From Candidatus Izemoplasmatales bacterium (lineage in GTDB: Bacteria > Bacillota_I > Bacilli_A > Izemoplasmatales > Hujiaoplasmataceae): 14,539 bases of DNA. Under the pieces are notes generated by a model. The model had not been told where the DNA came from, did no database searches, and saw only the letters and a list, made by a program, of their open reading frames with translations. Below, piece after piece: positions 1-8,778 of this stretch; within the stretch, counting starts at the first letter, position 1, and every line of letters begins with the position of its first letter. The DNA lies in the NCBI GenBank assembly GCA_050177605.1, contig JBFXGX010000036.1, positions 1 to 14,539 of the forward strand, in the 5' to 3' direction. The position numbers and the translations under genes were made by a program.

Positions 1-2
1 AT

Positions 3-680
3 CAAGTAACTGTAGTGGATCCATTATTAATTGATGCTTATATGCCCGAAGACTTATATATCAATGAGCAACAAATTTATGTTTTTAATCAACTTGATTG
101 GATCAAAAATATTCATCAAGAAGTACCGGTGATTTCAAATAATCAAGCAATGTCTCTTGGAACGAGTTATTACCATATTGACACCTATGAAGAAATCGAT
201 ATGGATGTCCACGGTTCTTTATATAAAAATGAAGATAGTAACTATGTGATGATGGTTTCAATCACAAAACCTTATTCATTTCATACTGGCGATAATTTGA
301 ATATCCCAATTGACTACGTCTTTATTGAGTACACTCCTTATTTTGAAATGACTTTTTCTAGTTGTAAATTCTATTTATCCTTTGATGATGAAACGGAGTA
401 TTTACAAAATTGGTATGGTTATCAAGGCAATGCCTATATCCAGTTGCCAACCAATACCTATTCACAGTACTTTAAGTATCCCAAATTAGTCTATACAATG
501 TATTTTGAGTTTGAAAAGGATCCGACAATCGAAACAGATTATTTTGAGTTTAATATGACAGTGATTGAATCAATTACGAACAATAATCGAATGATGTTAG
601 GATTTAATCAGTTTGTCGGTGAACAGTATACGTTATTTAAAGCAACTGCATACAGTGTAGCGTATGAGGAGGAAAGATAA
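3..680 (+). CDS. Hypothetical Tyr/Phe-rich acidic protein, probably 5'-truncated by the window edge
   Basis: The frame is open from position 3 (CAA GTA ACT GTA GTG GAT...), so the GTG at 15 is probably not the true start. Its TAA stop overlaps the next ATG (TAATG, 678-682). No recognisable motif. Confidence 0.75.
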   Translation, partial: QVTVVDPLLIDAYMPEDLYINEQQIYVFNQLDWIKNIHQEVPVISNNQAMSLGTSYYHIDTYEEIDMDVHGSLYKNEDSNYVMMVSITKPYSFHTGDNLNIPIDYVFIEYTPYFEMTFSSCKFYLSFDDETEYLQNWYGYQGNAYIQLPTNTYSQYFKYPKLVYTMYFEFEKDPTIETDYFEFNMTVIESITNNNRMMLGFNQFVGEQYTLFKATAYSVAYEEER

Positions 681-1237
681 TGGGTTATATATTAGCTTTA
701 TTAGTTATCTTAGTAGTATTATTAATCTACGGCATTTTTTATGTAAGTAAAAAATTGGATAGTAATGTTTTTGAGGAAAATGTTAAACTTCTCAAAAAAG
801 TCTTTAATGTTGTCTCGTTTTTTATCGCTTTGATTTATATCGTATCGACGATCATTTCTGCAGTTGCAGTTTTGTATTCAGAACTTATATTTGTGTTATT
901 TATTAAAACATTAATCTATTTAGTGCTGTTTGTAAAAATATATCAAAATGGTAGACAATTGATTTTCAATTTAGAACTTAAAGAAATATTTGTTGAAAAG
1001 AATGTCAAATTTATTGAAAGTATCGGTAAATCATTTGCTAATCTAGCTATTGTCGAAGTATCTGCAGGACTCGTTACACAATTTTTCTATTTTATCGCTG
1101 AAATTAGCACGAGTTTTACGCTGATGTTTAATGAGGCTATTTTCATTTATCTAGCCATTGGATGCTTACTTCTAGTTGTTTCTAAAATTCTTCATATGGC
1201 GATTCTGATACATGAAGAAAATCAATTAACAATATGA
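680..1237 (+). CDS. DUF2975-like multi-pass membrane protein
   Basis: RBS GAGGAGG at 666-672 and several hydrophobic segments. It carries the 'IFVEKNVKFIESIG' segment and the C-terminus 'AILIHEENQLTI' typical of DUF2975, and lies directly upstream of a YozG-like HTH gene, which is the usual pairing. Confidence 0.8.
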   Translation: MGYILALLVILVVLLIYGIFYVSKKLDSNVFEENVKLLKKVFNVVSFFIALIYIVSTIISAVAVLYSELIFVLFIKTLIYLVLFVKIYQNGRQLIFNLELKEIFVEKNVKFIESIGKSFANLAIVEVSAGLVTQFFYFIAEISTSFTLMFNEAIFIYLAIGCLLLVVSKILHMAILIHEENQLTI

Positions 1238-1452
1238 TTTATATTGAACTCGATAAAATACTAAAAGAGCAGAAAATGACTGCGGCAGAGTTATGCAAAT
1301 TAATTGGATTGACTGAAGCCAATCTTTCAATATTAAGAAGTGGTAAAGCGAAAGCGATTCGGTTTACCACACTCGATGCAATTTGTAAAGTTTTATCATG
1401 TGAACCAGGAGACATTTTGAAATGGAAAGAAGGGGATAATTTTGACGATTAG
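1234..1452 (+). CDS. Cro/C1-type helix-turn-helix transcriptional regulator (YozG / HTH_26-like)
   Basis: 'GLTEANLSILRSGKAKAIRFTTLDAICKVLSCEPGDIL' is the characteristic YozG-family sequence. ATGA overlap with the upstream gene. Confidence 0.9.
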   Translation: MIYIELDKILKEQKMTAAELCKLIGLTEANLSILRSGKAKAIRFTTLDAICKVLSCEPGDILKWKEGDNFDD

Positions 1453-2536
1453 TTCATACATCTTAGCAATATTATGTATTTCCTTGATAGTAATATTTTT
1501 CTATTTTATGGTTAGAAGAAATCAAATTTATCGGTTGAGAAATTTGGCAATCATTGGTCTTTTTACACTCATTATCTTTGGATTTGCATATATTTATATG
1601 ATGGTTGACGAAAGCAATCATCAAATAGAATACTACTATGAAATACCTTTTGAAGAGGGTGAAACGTTATCCCTTGAACTTCTTGAAAACAATCATCAAA
1701 CCTGCCTTTCAATGGATGGGCAAAATGGCGTGTCCTATATTAGTGATAATGATGAAGTGATAGATATACCAAAGTATGATGTTGTCTATTTTAAAGAATA
1801 TGAGAATATGTATGTAGTTGTTTATAGCTCTAATCCGAAATCCATTATTGAGTATGATCGTTTAAATATGCCAAATTACGATATAGGATATCAAAATCAG
1901 GATAATTTATTTCTATATGTTATTGATAAAGAGAATGGAGAAATGATTCTGATTCAAGATTATGATTTAATAGGACAAACTGTAGATTTAACTAGTTTTT
2001 CGCTAGAAAGTGGAATCGTACTTTCATATACAGTTTTTCAACCATTCCAAGATAAAATCAGGAATGTGTTTGTAATCAATTTGGAGAATCTTAATGATAA
2101 TTTGAAATATTCAGGTCATTATTATCAAGATATTTCCGCTTCCGCTTATCACTTTTATTCAGAAGGTGATGCTTCTTGGATTACATATTATGCCGCTACA
2201 AGCAATTATAGTATTTGGGCAGATAGTTATGGTGAAGTTCACGGATACTATATGAATAGTAATGATGCCAGTGGATATAATATCGGGGATATAAATGATG
2301 AAGTATTTGATCACTCTTATATTGCCCAAGGCTATGTTATCGAATATAATAATGAAATATATTATGTTGGAGAAACGAGAAATCATGATAGCCCTCTAGG
2401 CTATACAGGATATTCGATTTTTAAATTGAACCGATATGTCCCTGAAGAAGTAACACGCTTAACCTACTCAGATACTTTAGAAGACTTGAGTAGTGCTAGT
2501 CATTGGCTTGATATCTTGTATTCACTAGATGAATAA
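1442..2536 (+). CDS. Hypothetical membrane-anchored protein (two N-terminal TM helices and a large acidic Tyr-rich domain)
   Basis: 364-codon ORF with a TTG start preceded by AAGGGGA. It overlaps the HTH gene, has two hydrophobic N-terminal segments and is followed by a terminator. Confidence 0.8.
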   Translation: MTISSYILAILCISLIVIFFYFMVRRNQIYRLRNLAIIGLFTLIIFGFAYIYMMVDESNHQIEYYYEIPFEEGETLSLELLENNHQTCLSMDGQNGVSYISDNDEVIDIPKYDVVYFKEYENMYVVVYSSNPKSIIEYDRLNMPNYDIGYQNQDNLFLYVIDKENGEMILIQDYDLIGQTVDLTSFSLESGIVLSYTVFQPFQDKIRNVFVINLENLNDNLKYSGHYYQDISASAYHFYSEGDASWITYYAATSNYSIWADSYGEVHGYYMNSNDASGYNIGDINDEVFDHSYIAQGYVIEYNNEIYYVGETRNHDSPLGYTGYSIFKLNRYVPEEVTRLTYSDTLEDLSSASHWLDILYSLDE

Positions 2537-2542
2537 AAAAAG

Positions 2543-2568
2543 AAGAACCTTTTATTGAGGTTCTTTTT
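2543..2568. terminator. Bidirectional intrinsic terminator between convergent operons
   Basis: AAGAACCT-(TTTATTG)-AGGTTCTT hairpin with an A-tract on the left and a T-tract on the right. It overlaps the stop codon of the 2552..3448 gene. Confidence 0.7.
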
Positions 2569-3448
2569 GTTTTGAATAATTTCTAAAAGTTTCAATCAAT
2601 GATTCTACTTGTTTAATTTTTTTATCAAAGAAAGCTGCGATTTGAGCATAACTGTCTTCTTCGCTACTTGGATCAAAAGGAATCACAACATGCTCATCGT
2701 CATCGAAATCTTCAAGCGAGAACGCACGATGATGAGTTTGTTCGTAAAGTGTATAAATGGCAGCCGCAAGCTTTTTCTCTAAGATAATCGTATAGATTGT
2801 ATAAGATTTATAAAAATATAGACTGATATTAAACTGAGTAGTTTCCACTTGAAGCGTAATATGTTTCATATCGTCACTGATAGTATATTGGATTTTCCCT
2901 TGTTTAAAAGCATAAAGACTTAACAACTTACTTATTTTCTTTTGGATAATGTCACGCATTAATAAATCGTGAATGTTTTTGGGATGGAAGCTCGGATGTG
3001 TATATTTGTTTCTAAACTCTGAATGCTGATGGAACTTATTATATTCTTTCTTTCCTGCAACAATGGATACCACCAATATGATAATGAAAAGGAAGAGATA
3101 TAGTGTACTCCATTCGATGATGAAATATACGATTCCGAACACTGAAATCATTGCCATAATGATTGCCGAGATGAGTTCAATTGAGATAGCACGAACTTGA
3201 TAATCAAAAGGATTTTTGAATGTGAAGTTGTCTACTGTAGCATAGCCACTTTTAAATATCAGGAAGGTTGAAATCAAGAAGAAAGTTAATAGTCCAAAAA
3301 CAAAAATGATAGTGAACCAAGGGCTTGAAGCCATACTAATTTCTAATTGGTATTTATCTCGAATCCAAAGCGTACCGAACAGAAGAATAAATGTAAGCAG
3401 ATAGCTGCATAGACCCATCATCAGAATTTTCTTATTTTTATTAATCAT
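2552..3448 (-). CDS. Hypothetical membrane protein (about 4 N-terminal TM helices and a soluble C-terminal domain)
   Basis: 298-codon ORF with RBS AAGGTG upstream of the ATG, 6 nt after the stop of the upstream gene. Confidence 0.8.
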   Translation of the reverse strand: MINKNKKILMMGLCSYLLTFILLFGTLWIRDKYQLEISMASSPWFTIIFVFGLLTFFLISTFLIFKSGYATVDNFTFKNPFDYQVRAISIELISAIIMAMISVFGIVYFIIEWSTLYLFLFIIILVVSIVAGKKEYNKFHQHSEFRNKYTHPSFHPKNIHDLLMRDIIQKKISKLLSLYAFKQGKIQYTISDDMKHITLQVETTQFNISLYFYKSYTIYTIILEKKLAAAIYTLYEQTHHRAFSLEDFDDDEHVVIPFDPSSEEDSYAQIAAFFDKKIKQVESLIETFRNYSKQKEPQ

Positions 3449-3454
3449 TTATTG

Positions 3455-3736
3455 TCACCTTTTTTGAATATAATCAGCGGATTTTAATCTTTTTATAACC
3501 AATTTCGCTTCGTATAACATACCAAAAAACATTGCCACAAATAAAACTAGTGAAAACAGAATCGTTATTCCATCGATAATTTGAAAAGACGCTTTATGTC
3601 CAGTAATAATGATATATGGAATGGTTACGAAACCAACAATAGCAAAACACATAATGAAAATATTGATTATCAAACGGATATATAAGCTAACTTTTGATTT
3701 CAATTTATCGACACTTTTCCAATTAACAATTGCCAT
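3455..3736 (-). CDS. Small hypothetical 2-TM membrane protein
   Basis: RBS GGAGGT, a TAATG overlap with the upstream YczE-like gene, and two hydrophobic segments. Confidence 0.75.
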   Translation of the reverse strand: MAIVNWKSVDKLKSKVSLYIRLIINIFIMCFAIVGFVTIPYIIITGHKASFQIIDGITILFSLVLFVAMFFGMLYEAKLVIKRLKSADYIQKR

Positions 3737-4434
3737 TATTTTACCTCCGTAAGGGAGTCTTCTCTTTTTACTTTAAGTAATTTATAGTAAATCGACATAA
3801 TTGGACTAAGTGTAAAGGCGAAGAGGACACTACCAAAGTTTACAGCTCCAAAATTATGGTCTAGCGGATAAACTGCAATCCATCCGAAGATAAAACCTAT
3901 AACGATTCCCGTAAATTCTATCACTAGTCGTATATACGTAATTTGTTTTGCTTTCAATATTTTCACAAACATTAACATCAACTCATCAAATACAAAAGCA
4001 GGGAATCCCGATTTGACCACAAGCGATAAACCGAGTGGCAGAAGAATGGTCCCAGCAATATAATAAAATAGTTTCAGCCATATAGTATCCGCAAATTGAT
4101 CGTGAAAGACAAACATATTCCACATATCAATAAAGATGGCTACTAAGATGATAGGAATAATCATAAATAGGAATTTTAATTCCTTTCGATAGGAAACTAC
4201 CACAATCATTAATATAGCGGATACACTAAATGAAATCATTCCCATCGTCACCCAGGGTATTCCTAGCGTCAAGTTAAAAAAAGATCGAACATTAATTGTC
4301 ACTGTGTCCCAAGAACCAGCACCGAGTGTTGATGCTTTCATTATATTTACACCAAAACCTAATAGTAGTATTCCTGACAAATAAAGGAGTATGTTTTTCC
4401 ACTGGTTTTTTATTGTTTGAGTAATTTCCTTCAT
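3736..4434 (-). CDS. YczE/YyaS/YitT-family membrane protein
   Basis: RBS AGGAGGT. The N-terminal 'GILLLGFGVNIMKASTLGAGSWD' recurs internally as 'GTILLPLGLSLVVKSGFPAFVFD', and the C-terminal 'GAVNFGSVLFA' completes the duplicated YczE architecture. Confidence 0.85.
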   Translation of the reverse strand: MKEITQTIKNQWKNILLYLSGILLLGFGVNIMKASTLGAGSWDTVTINVRSFFNLTLGIPWVTMGMISFSVSAILMIVVVSYRKELKFLFMIIPIILVAIFIDMWNMFVFHDQFADTIWLKLFYYIAGTILLPLGLSLVVKSGFPAFVFDELMLMFVKILKAKQITYIRLVIEFTGIVIGFIFGWIAVYPLDHNFGAVNFGSVLFAFTLSPIMSIYYKLLKVKREDSLTEVK

Positions 4435-4466
4435 TTTGACCTCCTAAAGTGTTTTCTCACTTGTTT

Positions 4467-4495
4467 ATTATACCATCGAATATTTCAGTTTTAAA
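4467..4495 (-). promoter_or_regulatory. Putative sigma-A promoter of the YczE-like operon
   Basis: On the minus strand: TTTAAA (4495-4490), 17 nt, then TATAAT (4472-4467) with an extended TGn element. It lies just downstream of the ABC exporter terminator. Confidence 0.6.
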
Positions 4496-4513
4496 GATTT
4501 TAATATTCAAAAC

Positions 4514-4541
4514 AAAAGGTCGCGAGTAATCGCAACCTTTT
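4514..4541 (-). terminator. Intrinsic terminator of the heterodimeric ABC exporter operon
   Basis: Minus strand AAAAGGTTGCGA-TTAC-TCGCGACCTTTT (one G-U pair), 3 nt after the stop codon. Confidence 0.85.
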
Positions 4542-4544
4542 ACG

Positions 4545-6554
4545 TTATATCACTTCATCAATTTTAACTTGAGCACGGTAGATATTGGAATATACTCCAT
4601 TCTTGGCTAGTAAATCCTTATGTCGACCTTCTTCAACTTTAAGGCCGTTTTCTAATACAACGATTTTATCTGCATTTTTAATCGTCGATAATCGATGCGC
4701 AATAACGATAATTGTTCTGTTTTTTGCGACAGTTTCTAATGCTTTTTGTATCATTTCTTCAGTTTCAGTATCAATATTTGCTGTTGCTTCATCCATAATG
4801 AGAATGGATGGGTTATGAACGACAACTCTGGCGAATGAAATAATTTGCTTCTCACCGACGGAGAAATTAGATCCCCCACGAGAAACAATTGTTTGAAGAC
4901 CTTTCTCAAGTTTTTCAAGCAACTTACTTCCACCGATTTGAATTAAGATATTCTCTATTTCTTCGTCTGTTACATCTTTCTGTCCAAATCGGATATTGTC
5001 CGCAAGCGTTCCCTTAAATAATACCGGATCTTGGAGGATTATTCCGATATGCTGACGATAAGTTCTTTTTGTATAAGTTGTAATATCAGTGTCGTCGATT
5101 GAAATTGAACCTCGATCATTTTCTTTTAAATCATAGAAACGTAGAAGCAAATTCATCATCGAAGATTTTCCAGAACCGGTGTGACCAACTAAACCAACCA
5201 TCTGACCTGGATCGACATGGAAGGTAATACCTTTTAGTACAGGATGACCTTCGGTGTAGGAAAACCAAACATTATTGAAATCAATTTTCCCTTGATATCT
5301 AGGGATTGGCATAAAGGAATCGTCTTCTTGTTCACCATCGATAATCTTGAAGATTCTTTCAGTTCTGACGATAGAATGTTGTAAGTTACCAATTTCCCTA
5401 AACAAGGTTCCCACAGGCTCAATTAATCTTGATAGATAATCATTATATGCATAAATTAAACCAGCTGTCACAACGAACCCTGAAATAGTTAAATAACTTT
5501 GGCCAAAATACAAGACGATGGCAGAAGTAACAAGTGCGCCTATTAAACGAATCATATTCCAACCGATAGTGAGGTGAAGAACAGATTCTTTCATTTTTTC
5601 TTTCATAAACTCATCAGATATTTGATTAAAGTCTTGTTCCGTTTGTTTTTTGAAATTAAATATTTGCAATATGGAGATACCATTGATGATTTCATTGAGT
5701 CTCGCAGTTATGAGTGAGTTTTGTTCATTGACCTTTTCTGCAATACTGGTTAATTTACGGATGAAAAATCTTAACCAAACATAAACGATAGGGAAGATTA
5801 CAAAAGTGATTAATGCTAATTTTGCATTTAAATAGAACATACCGATATATGCAAATACGACAGCCATCGATGCATTAACGAGTAAGTTCATAATGGTTGA
5901 GAAAAGACCCATCATCCCACCGACATCACTGATGATTCGGTTTGCAATTTTACCGGCTGGTTCAAGTTCAAAATAGGACATAGGCATTTTTTGAAGACTT
6001 CTCACTGCGTCTTGACGTGCATCCCTTACAATATTGACGTTAATCATCGTCGTTGTCGTACGTTGAATGTAAGTGAATAAAACTTGAAGTAAGAATCTGA
6101 CAAATAAAAGCAATATCATGATTTCGAGAGGACGAACAAATGGTTGGTAAAAACTTAATACTTCAGTGCTGCTTAACTTTGTCGCAGTATAAGTGTAAGT
6201 GACATCATCGATGGTCGTGATTGTTAGTGTGCTTCCGGAGATACTTCTTGTCCCTTCGGCGATTGATTCTTCGACAAAGTAATACCCACCTTCGATAATC
6301 ACAATCGATTTTTCACTTGAATTCTCGCTTTCTTGTGAAAAATAACGATTCCAGACTTCTACAGTCTGATCGCTCGTAGAAGTAACTTCATACCATGGAT
6401 TCTCAATACCGACTAAATAGTTATCGAGTATCGATTTCACGATTAGTGGAGCGAGTAAACCTAAAAATTGAATGATGACCATCGCGGTTAAACTGATAGT
6501 TAATAACTTTTTATATTTAGAGATGTAACGCCATACTTTTTTCATTGTTTTCAT
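4545..6554 (-). CDS. yheH: ABC exporter fused TMD-NBD subunit, YheH/BmrD-like
   Basis: Walker A GHTGSGKSS, degenerate signature FSVGEKQ, consensus Walker B ILIMDE, and H-loop IAHR. A large insertion after TM1 begins 'DNYLVGIENPWYEV', as in BmrD-type subunits. The start was moved from GTG 6563 to ATG 6554 because AGGTG (6565-6561) sits 6 nt upstream. Confidence 0.88.
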   Translation of the reverse strand: MKTMKKVWRYISKYKKLLTISLTAMVIIQFLGLLAPLIVKSILDNYLVGIENPWYEVTSTSDQTVEVWNRYFSQESENSSEKSIVIIEGGYYFVEESIAEGTRSISGSTLTITTIDDVTYTYTATKLSSTEVLSFYQPFVRPLEIMILLLFVRFLLQVLFTYIQRTTTTMINVNIVRDARQDAVRSLQKMPMSYFELEPAGKIANRIISDVGGMMGLFSTIMNLLVNASMAVVFAYIGMFYLNAKLALITFVIFPIVYVWLRFFIRKLTSIAEKVNEQNSLITARLNEIINGISILQIFNFKKQTEQDFNQISDEFMKEKMKESVLHLTIGWNMIRLIGALVTSAIVLYFGQSYLTISGFVVTAGLIYAYNDYLSRLIEPVGTLFREIGNLQHSIVRTERIFKIIDGEQEDDSFMPIPRYQGKIDFNNVWFSYTEGHPVLKGITFHVDPGQMVGLVGHTGSGKSSMMNLLLRFYDLKENDRGSISIDDTDITTYTKRTYRQHIGIILQDPVLFKGTLADNIRFGQKDVTDEEIENILIQIGGSKLLEKLEKGLQTIVSRGGSNFSVGEKQIISFARVVVHNPSILIMDEATANIDTETEEMIQKALETVAKNRTIIVIAHRLSTIKNADKIVVLENGLKVEEGRHKDLLAKNGVYSNIYRAQVKIDEVI

Positions 6555-6563
6555 CGCGTACAC

Positions 6564-8297
6564 CTACTTCATTGTAATTTGTTGGATATATTGATTTTTA
6601 TACCAACCATCTTGATTTAATAGTTCATCATGTGTTCCACGTTGAGTAATGGAACCTTTCTCAAGCACATAGATTTGGTCAGCGTCTCTAATCGCACTAA
6701 ATCGATGGGCGATGATGATATTCGTTTTTCCTTTTCTGTAATTCTTTAAGTGATCGATGATGTTAGCTTCAGTCGCGCCATCAACTGCACTAAGTGAATC
6801 ATCTAGAATAAGAATTTGTGGATCTTTGATTAACGCTCTTGCGATGGACAATCGTTGTTTTTGACCGCCTGATAATGTGGAGCCAGATTCACCAACCATT
6901 GTTTTTAGTCCATCTGTTAAATAGATTACATCCTTCTCAAAGTCGGCGATTTTGACAGCTTTATCCAAATCTTCATTTCTCGCAGATGGATTTCCAATCA
7001 TAATATTATCATTGACGGTCTTTTTAAAGAGCATATGTTCTTGGGGGACATATCCCACAAGATTTCTAACATCATCTATTTTAAAATCTTCGATCGGTGT
7101 ATTATCGATATAAATTTCACCACCGGTCACATTAAATTCTCTTAATAACTGACGAATCAATGTTGATTTTCCAGCCCCAGTAGGACCAACGATACCAATG
7201 GTTTGTCCATAGGGAATATCAAAGTTTATGTTTTTAATCACTGGTTGTTTATCAAATGGATATTTAAAAGTGACATTTTTAAAGTTGATTTCTTTGAATT
7301 CAATAATTGCTTTAGAAGTTGACTCATCATGAACTTCGGCAGTTGATTTCATTACTTCATCATATCGGTCAACAGAAATTGTCGCATTATTGATTTGAGA
7401 GAATACCGTAGACATTGAAATAATTGGGCCCATTAACATTCCAACATAAGATACAAATGTAATCAGCTCTCCTACAGAGATTTCTTGATGAATGATTAAA
7501 TATGCACCAAACCCAAAAGCTAGAATATAAGCAATACCGTAAATGACTTCAAATAATGGTCCGAACCAGTTTTCATAATTTACGATATACCGCCAAGATT
7601 CAATATCTCGATTAATCGCTTGATATTGCTTTTCCAAATCGTTGTCTTCTTGAACATAGGCATGAATTACTTTCATTCCTTCCACTGATTCTAGGACTTT
7701 TTCTGTCATTTCAGCGTAAATTTCACGATGGATTTTTGTATATTTTCGCTTATTAAAACGAATCATATTTAGTAGAGTAAGACCAATCGGCATGATTGTG
7801 ACGGAAACAATGGTGAGCTTCCAGGAAATCGTAAATCCCATAATGAGAATAGCGAATATGATATTTGTAAAGTTAAAAATGATCGATTCAAGAAGAGCCG
7901 TGGCTGCCGTGGTAATGCCATCCATATCGTTGGTAACACGAGAAATCAAATCGCCTTTTTTGTAGGTTTCAAAAAATTTTGAATCCATTGAAAAGAGATG
8001 ATCTAAATACTTACTTCTGAGCTGATAGGTTAGTTTCTGCCCTTCATAATTCATCATATAGTTATAAACCATCGAAAGAAGGTAACGTGCAATCGGTAAG
8101 GCAATTAATCCAGCGACAAGCCAAAACAAAGTGCTTGAAGTAAGTCCTCCTGAAATAATTGTATCAATTGCTAAACCTAATAATTTCGCTGGCAAAAGCG
8201 CGATTAATGAGATAACAATTAAAAAGAAAAGCATTAAAATATACTTTTTCTTTTCTTGTAATATAAACCATTTTAACTTAGAATAAATATTTTTCAT
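6564..8297 (-). CDS. yheI: ABC exporter fused TMD-NBD subunit, YheI/BmrC-like
   Basis: RBS AAGGAG, Walker A GPTGAGKST, signature LSGGQKQ, and degenerate Walker B ILILDDSLSAVD. It lies in tandem with the partner half-transporter. Confidence 0.88.
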   Translation of the reverse strand: MKNIYSKLKWFILQEKKKYILMLFFLIVISLIALLPAKLLGLAIDTIISGGLTSSTLFWLVAGLIALPIARYLLSMVYNYMMNYEGQKLTYQLRSKYLDHLFSMDSKFFETYKKGDLISRVTNDMDGITTAATALLESIIFNFTNIIFAILIMGFTISWKLTIVSVTIMPIGLTLLNMIRFNKRKYTKIHREIYAEMTEKVLESVEGMKVIHAYVQEDNDLEKQYQAINRDIESWRYIVNYENWFGPLFEVIYGIAYILAFGFGAYLIIHQEISVGELITFVSYVGMLMGPIISMSTVFSQINNATISVDRYDEVMKSTAEVHDESTSKAIIEFKEINFKNVTFKYPFDKQPVIKNINFDIPYGQTIGIVGPTGAGKSTLIRQLLREFNVTGGEIYIDNTPIEDFKIDDVRNLVGYVPQEHMLFKKTVNDNIMIGNPSARNEDLDKAVKIADFEKDVIYLTDGLKTMVGESGSTLSGGQKQRLSIARALIKDPQILILDDSLSAVDGATEANIIDHLKNYRKGKTNIIIAHRFSAIRDADQIYVLEKGSITQRGTHDELLNQDGWYKNQYIQQITMK

Positions 8298-8307
8298 TTC
8301 TCTCCTT

Positions 8308-8378
8308 AAAAAAGGACGTAGTCCCTACACCACTATTTTAACATAGTTAATCTTATTCGTATCTTTCATTTTGCTCAT
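8308..8378 (-). promoter_or_regulatory. Possible leader region of the ABC exporter: 17-codon uORF, hairpin and U-tract
   Basis: uORF 8378..8325 (MSKMKDTNKINYVKIVV*) whose stop overlaps AGGGAC-TAC-GTCCTT followed by a T-run, directly ahead of the RBS. The uORF has no clear SD. An extended -10 (TGTTAAAAT, 8343-8335) inside it is a competing explanation. Confidence 0.3.
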
Positions 8379-8488
8379 GAAAACGTTCTATTTTGAGAAT
8401 TATTTTTTCACGGAAACATCACCAATATATTATCTGAATTTTTCGTATATTTAATGAAACAAAAGATACTGAAAAGGGGGTATACAAA

Positions 8489-8746
8489 ATGTTTCAAAAA
8501 GAATATATGGGTGTCTTTGACTGGTTTGCATTTTGGATTTTAATGCTTATTCCTGTCGTGAATATAGTCGTAATATTAATGATTTTATTTTCTTCAAATT
8601 CAAATGACACCTTACGAAATATGCTTTTCGCGGAGATTACTCTTGCGATATTAGTGGTCATTTTATTTTCAACATCGCTTCAACCATATTTACGAGAAGT
8701 ATGGGGTTTTGTTTCTGAGCAGTTTCCAATGAATCAATTCTTTTAG
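8489..8746 (+). CDS. Small hypothetical membrane protein
   Basis: RBS AAGGGGG. Hydrophobic 'DWFAFWILMLIPVVNIVVILMILF' segment plus a second TM segment, followed by a terminator. Confidence 0.8.
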   Translation: MFQKEYMGVFDWFAFWILMLIPVVNIVVILMILFSSNSNDTLRNMLFAEITLAILVVILFSTSLQPYLREVWGFVSEQFPMNQFF

Positions 8747-8751
8747 CAAAC

Positions 8752-8778
8752 AAAAAAGAGATATTCCATCTCTTTTTT
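8752..8778. terminator. Bidirectional intrinsic terminator
   Basis: Perfect inverted repeat AAAAAAGAGAT-(ATTCC)-ATCTCTTTTTT between convergent stop codons. Confidence 0.85.

Noticed and set aside
2159..2386. 75-aa minus-strand ORF
   Set aside because: Antisense shadow inside the 364-aa gene, with an Ile-rich composition typical of the reverse strand of AT-rich coding DNA.
4585..5422. Short ORFs 4585..4818 (+), 4751..4933 (-) and 5234..5422 (-)
   Set aside because: All lie within the well-supported ABC exporter gene and show no motifs.
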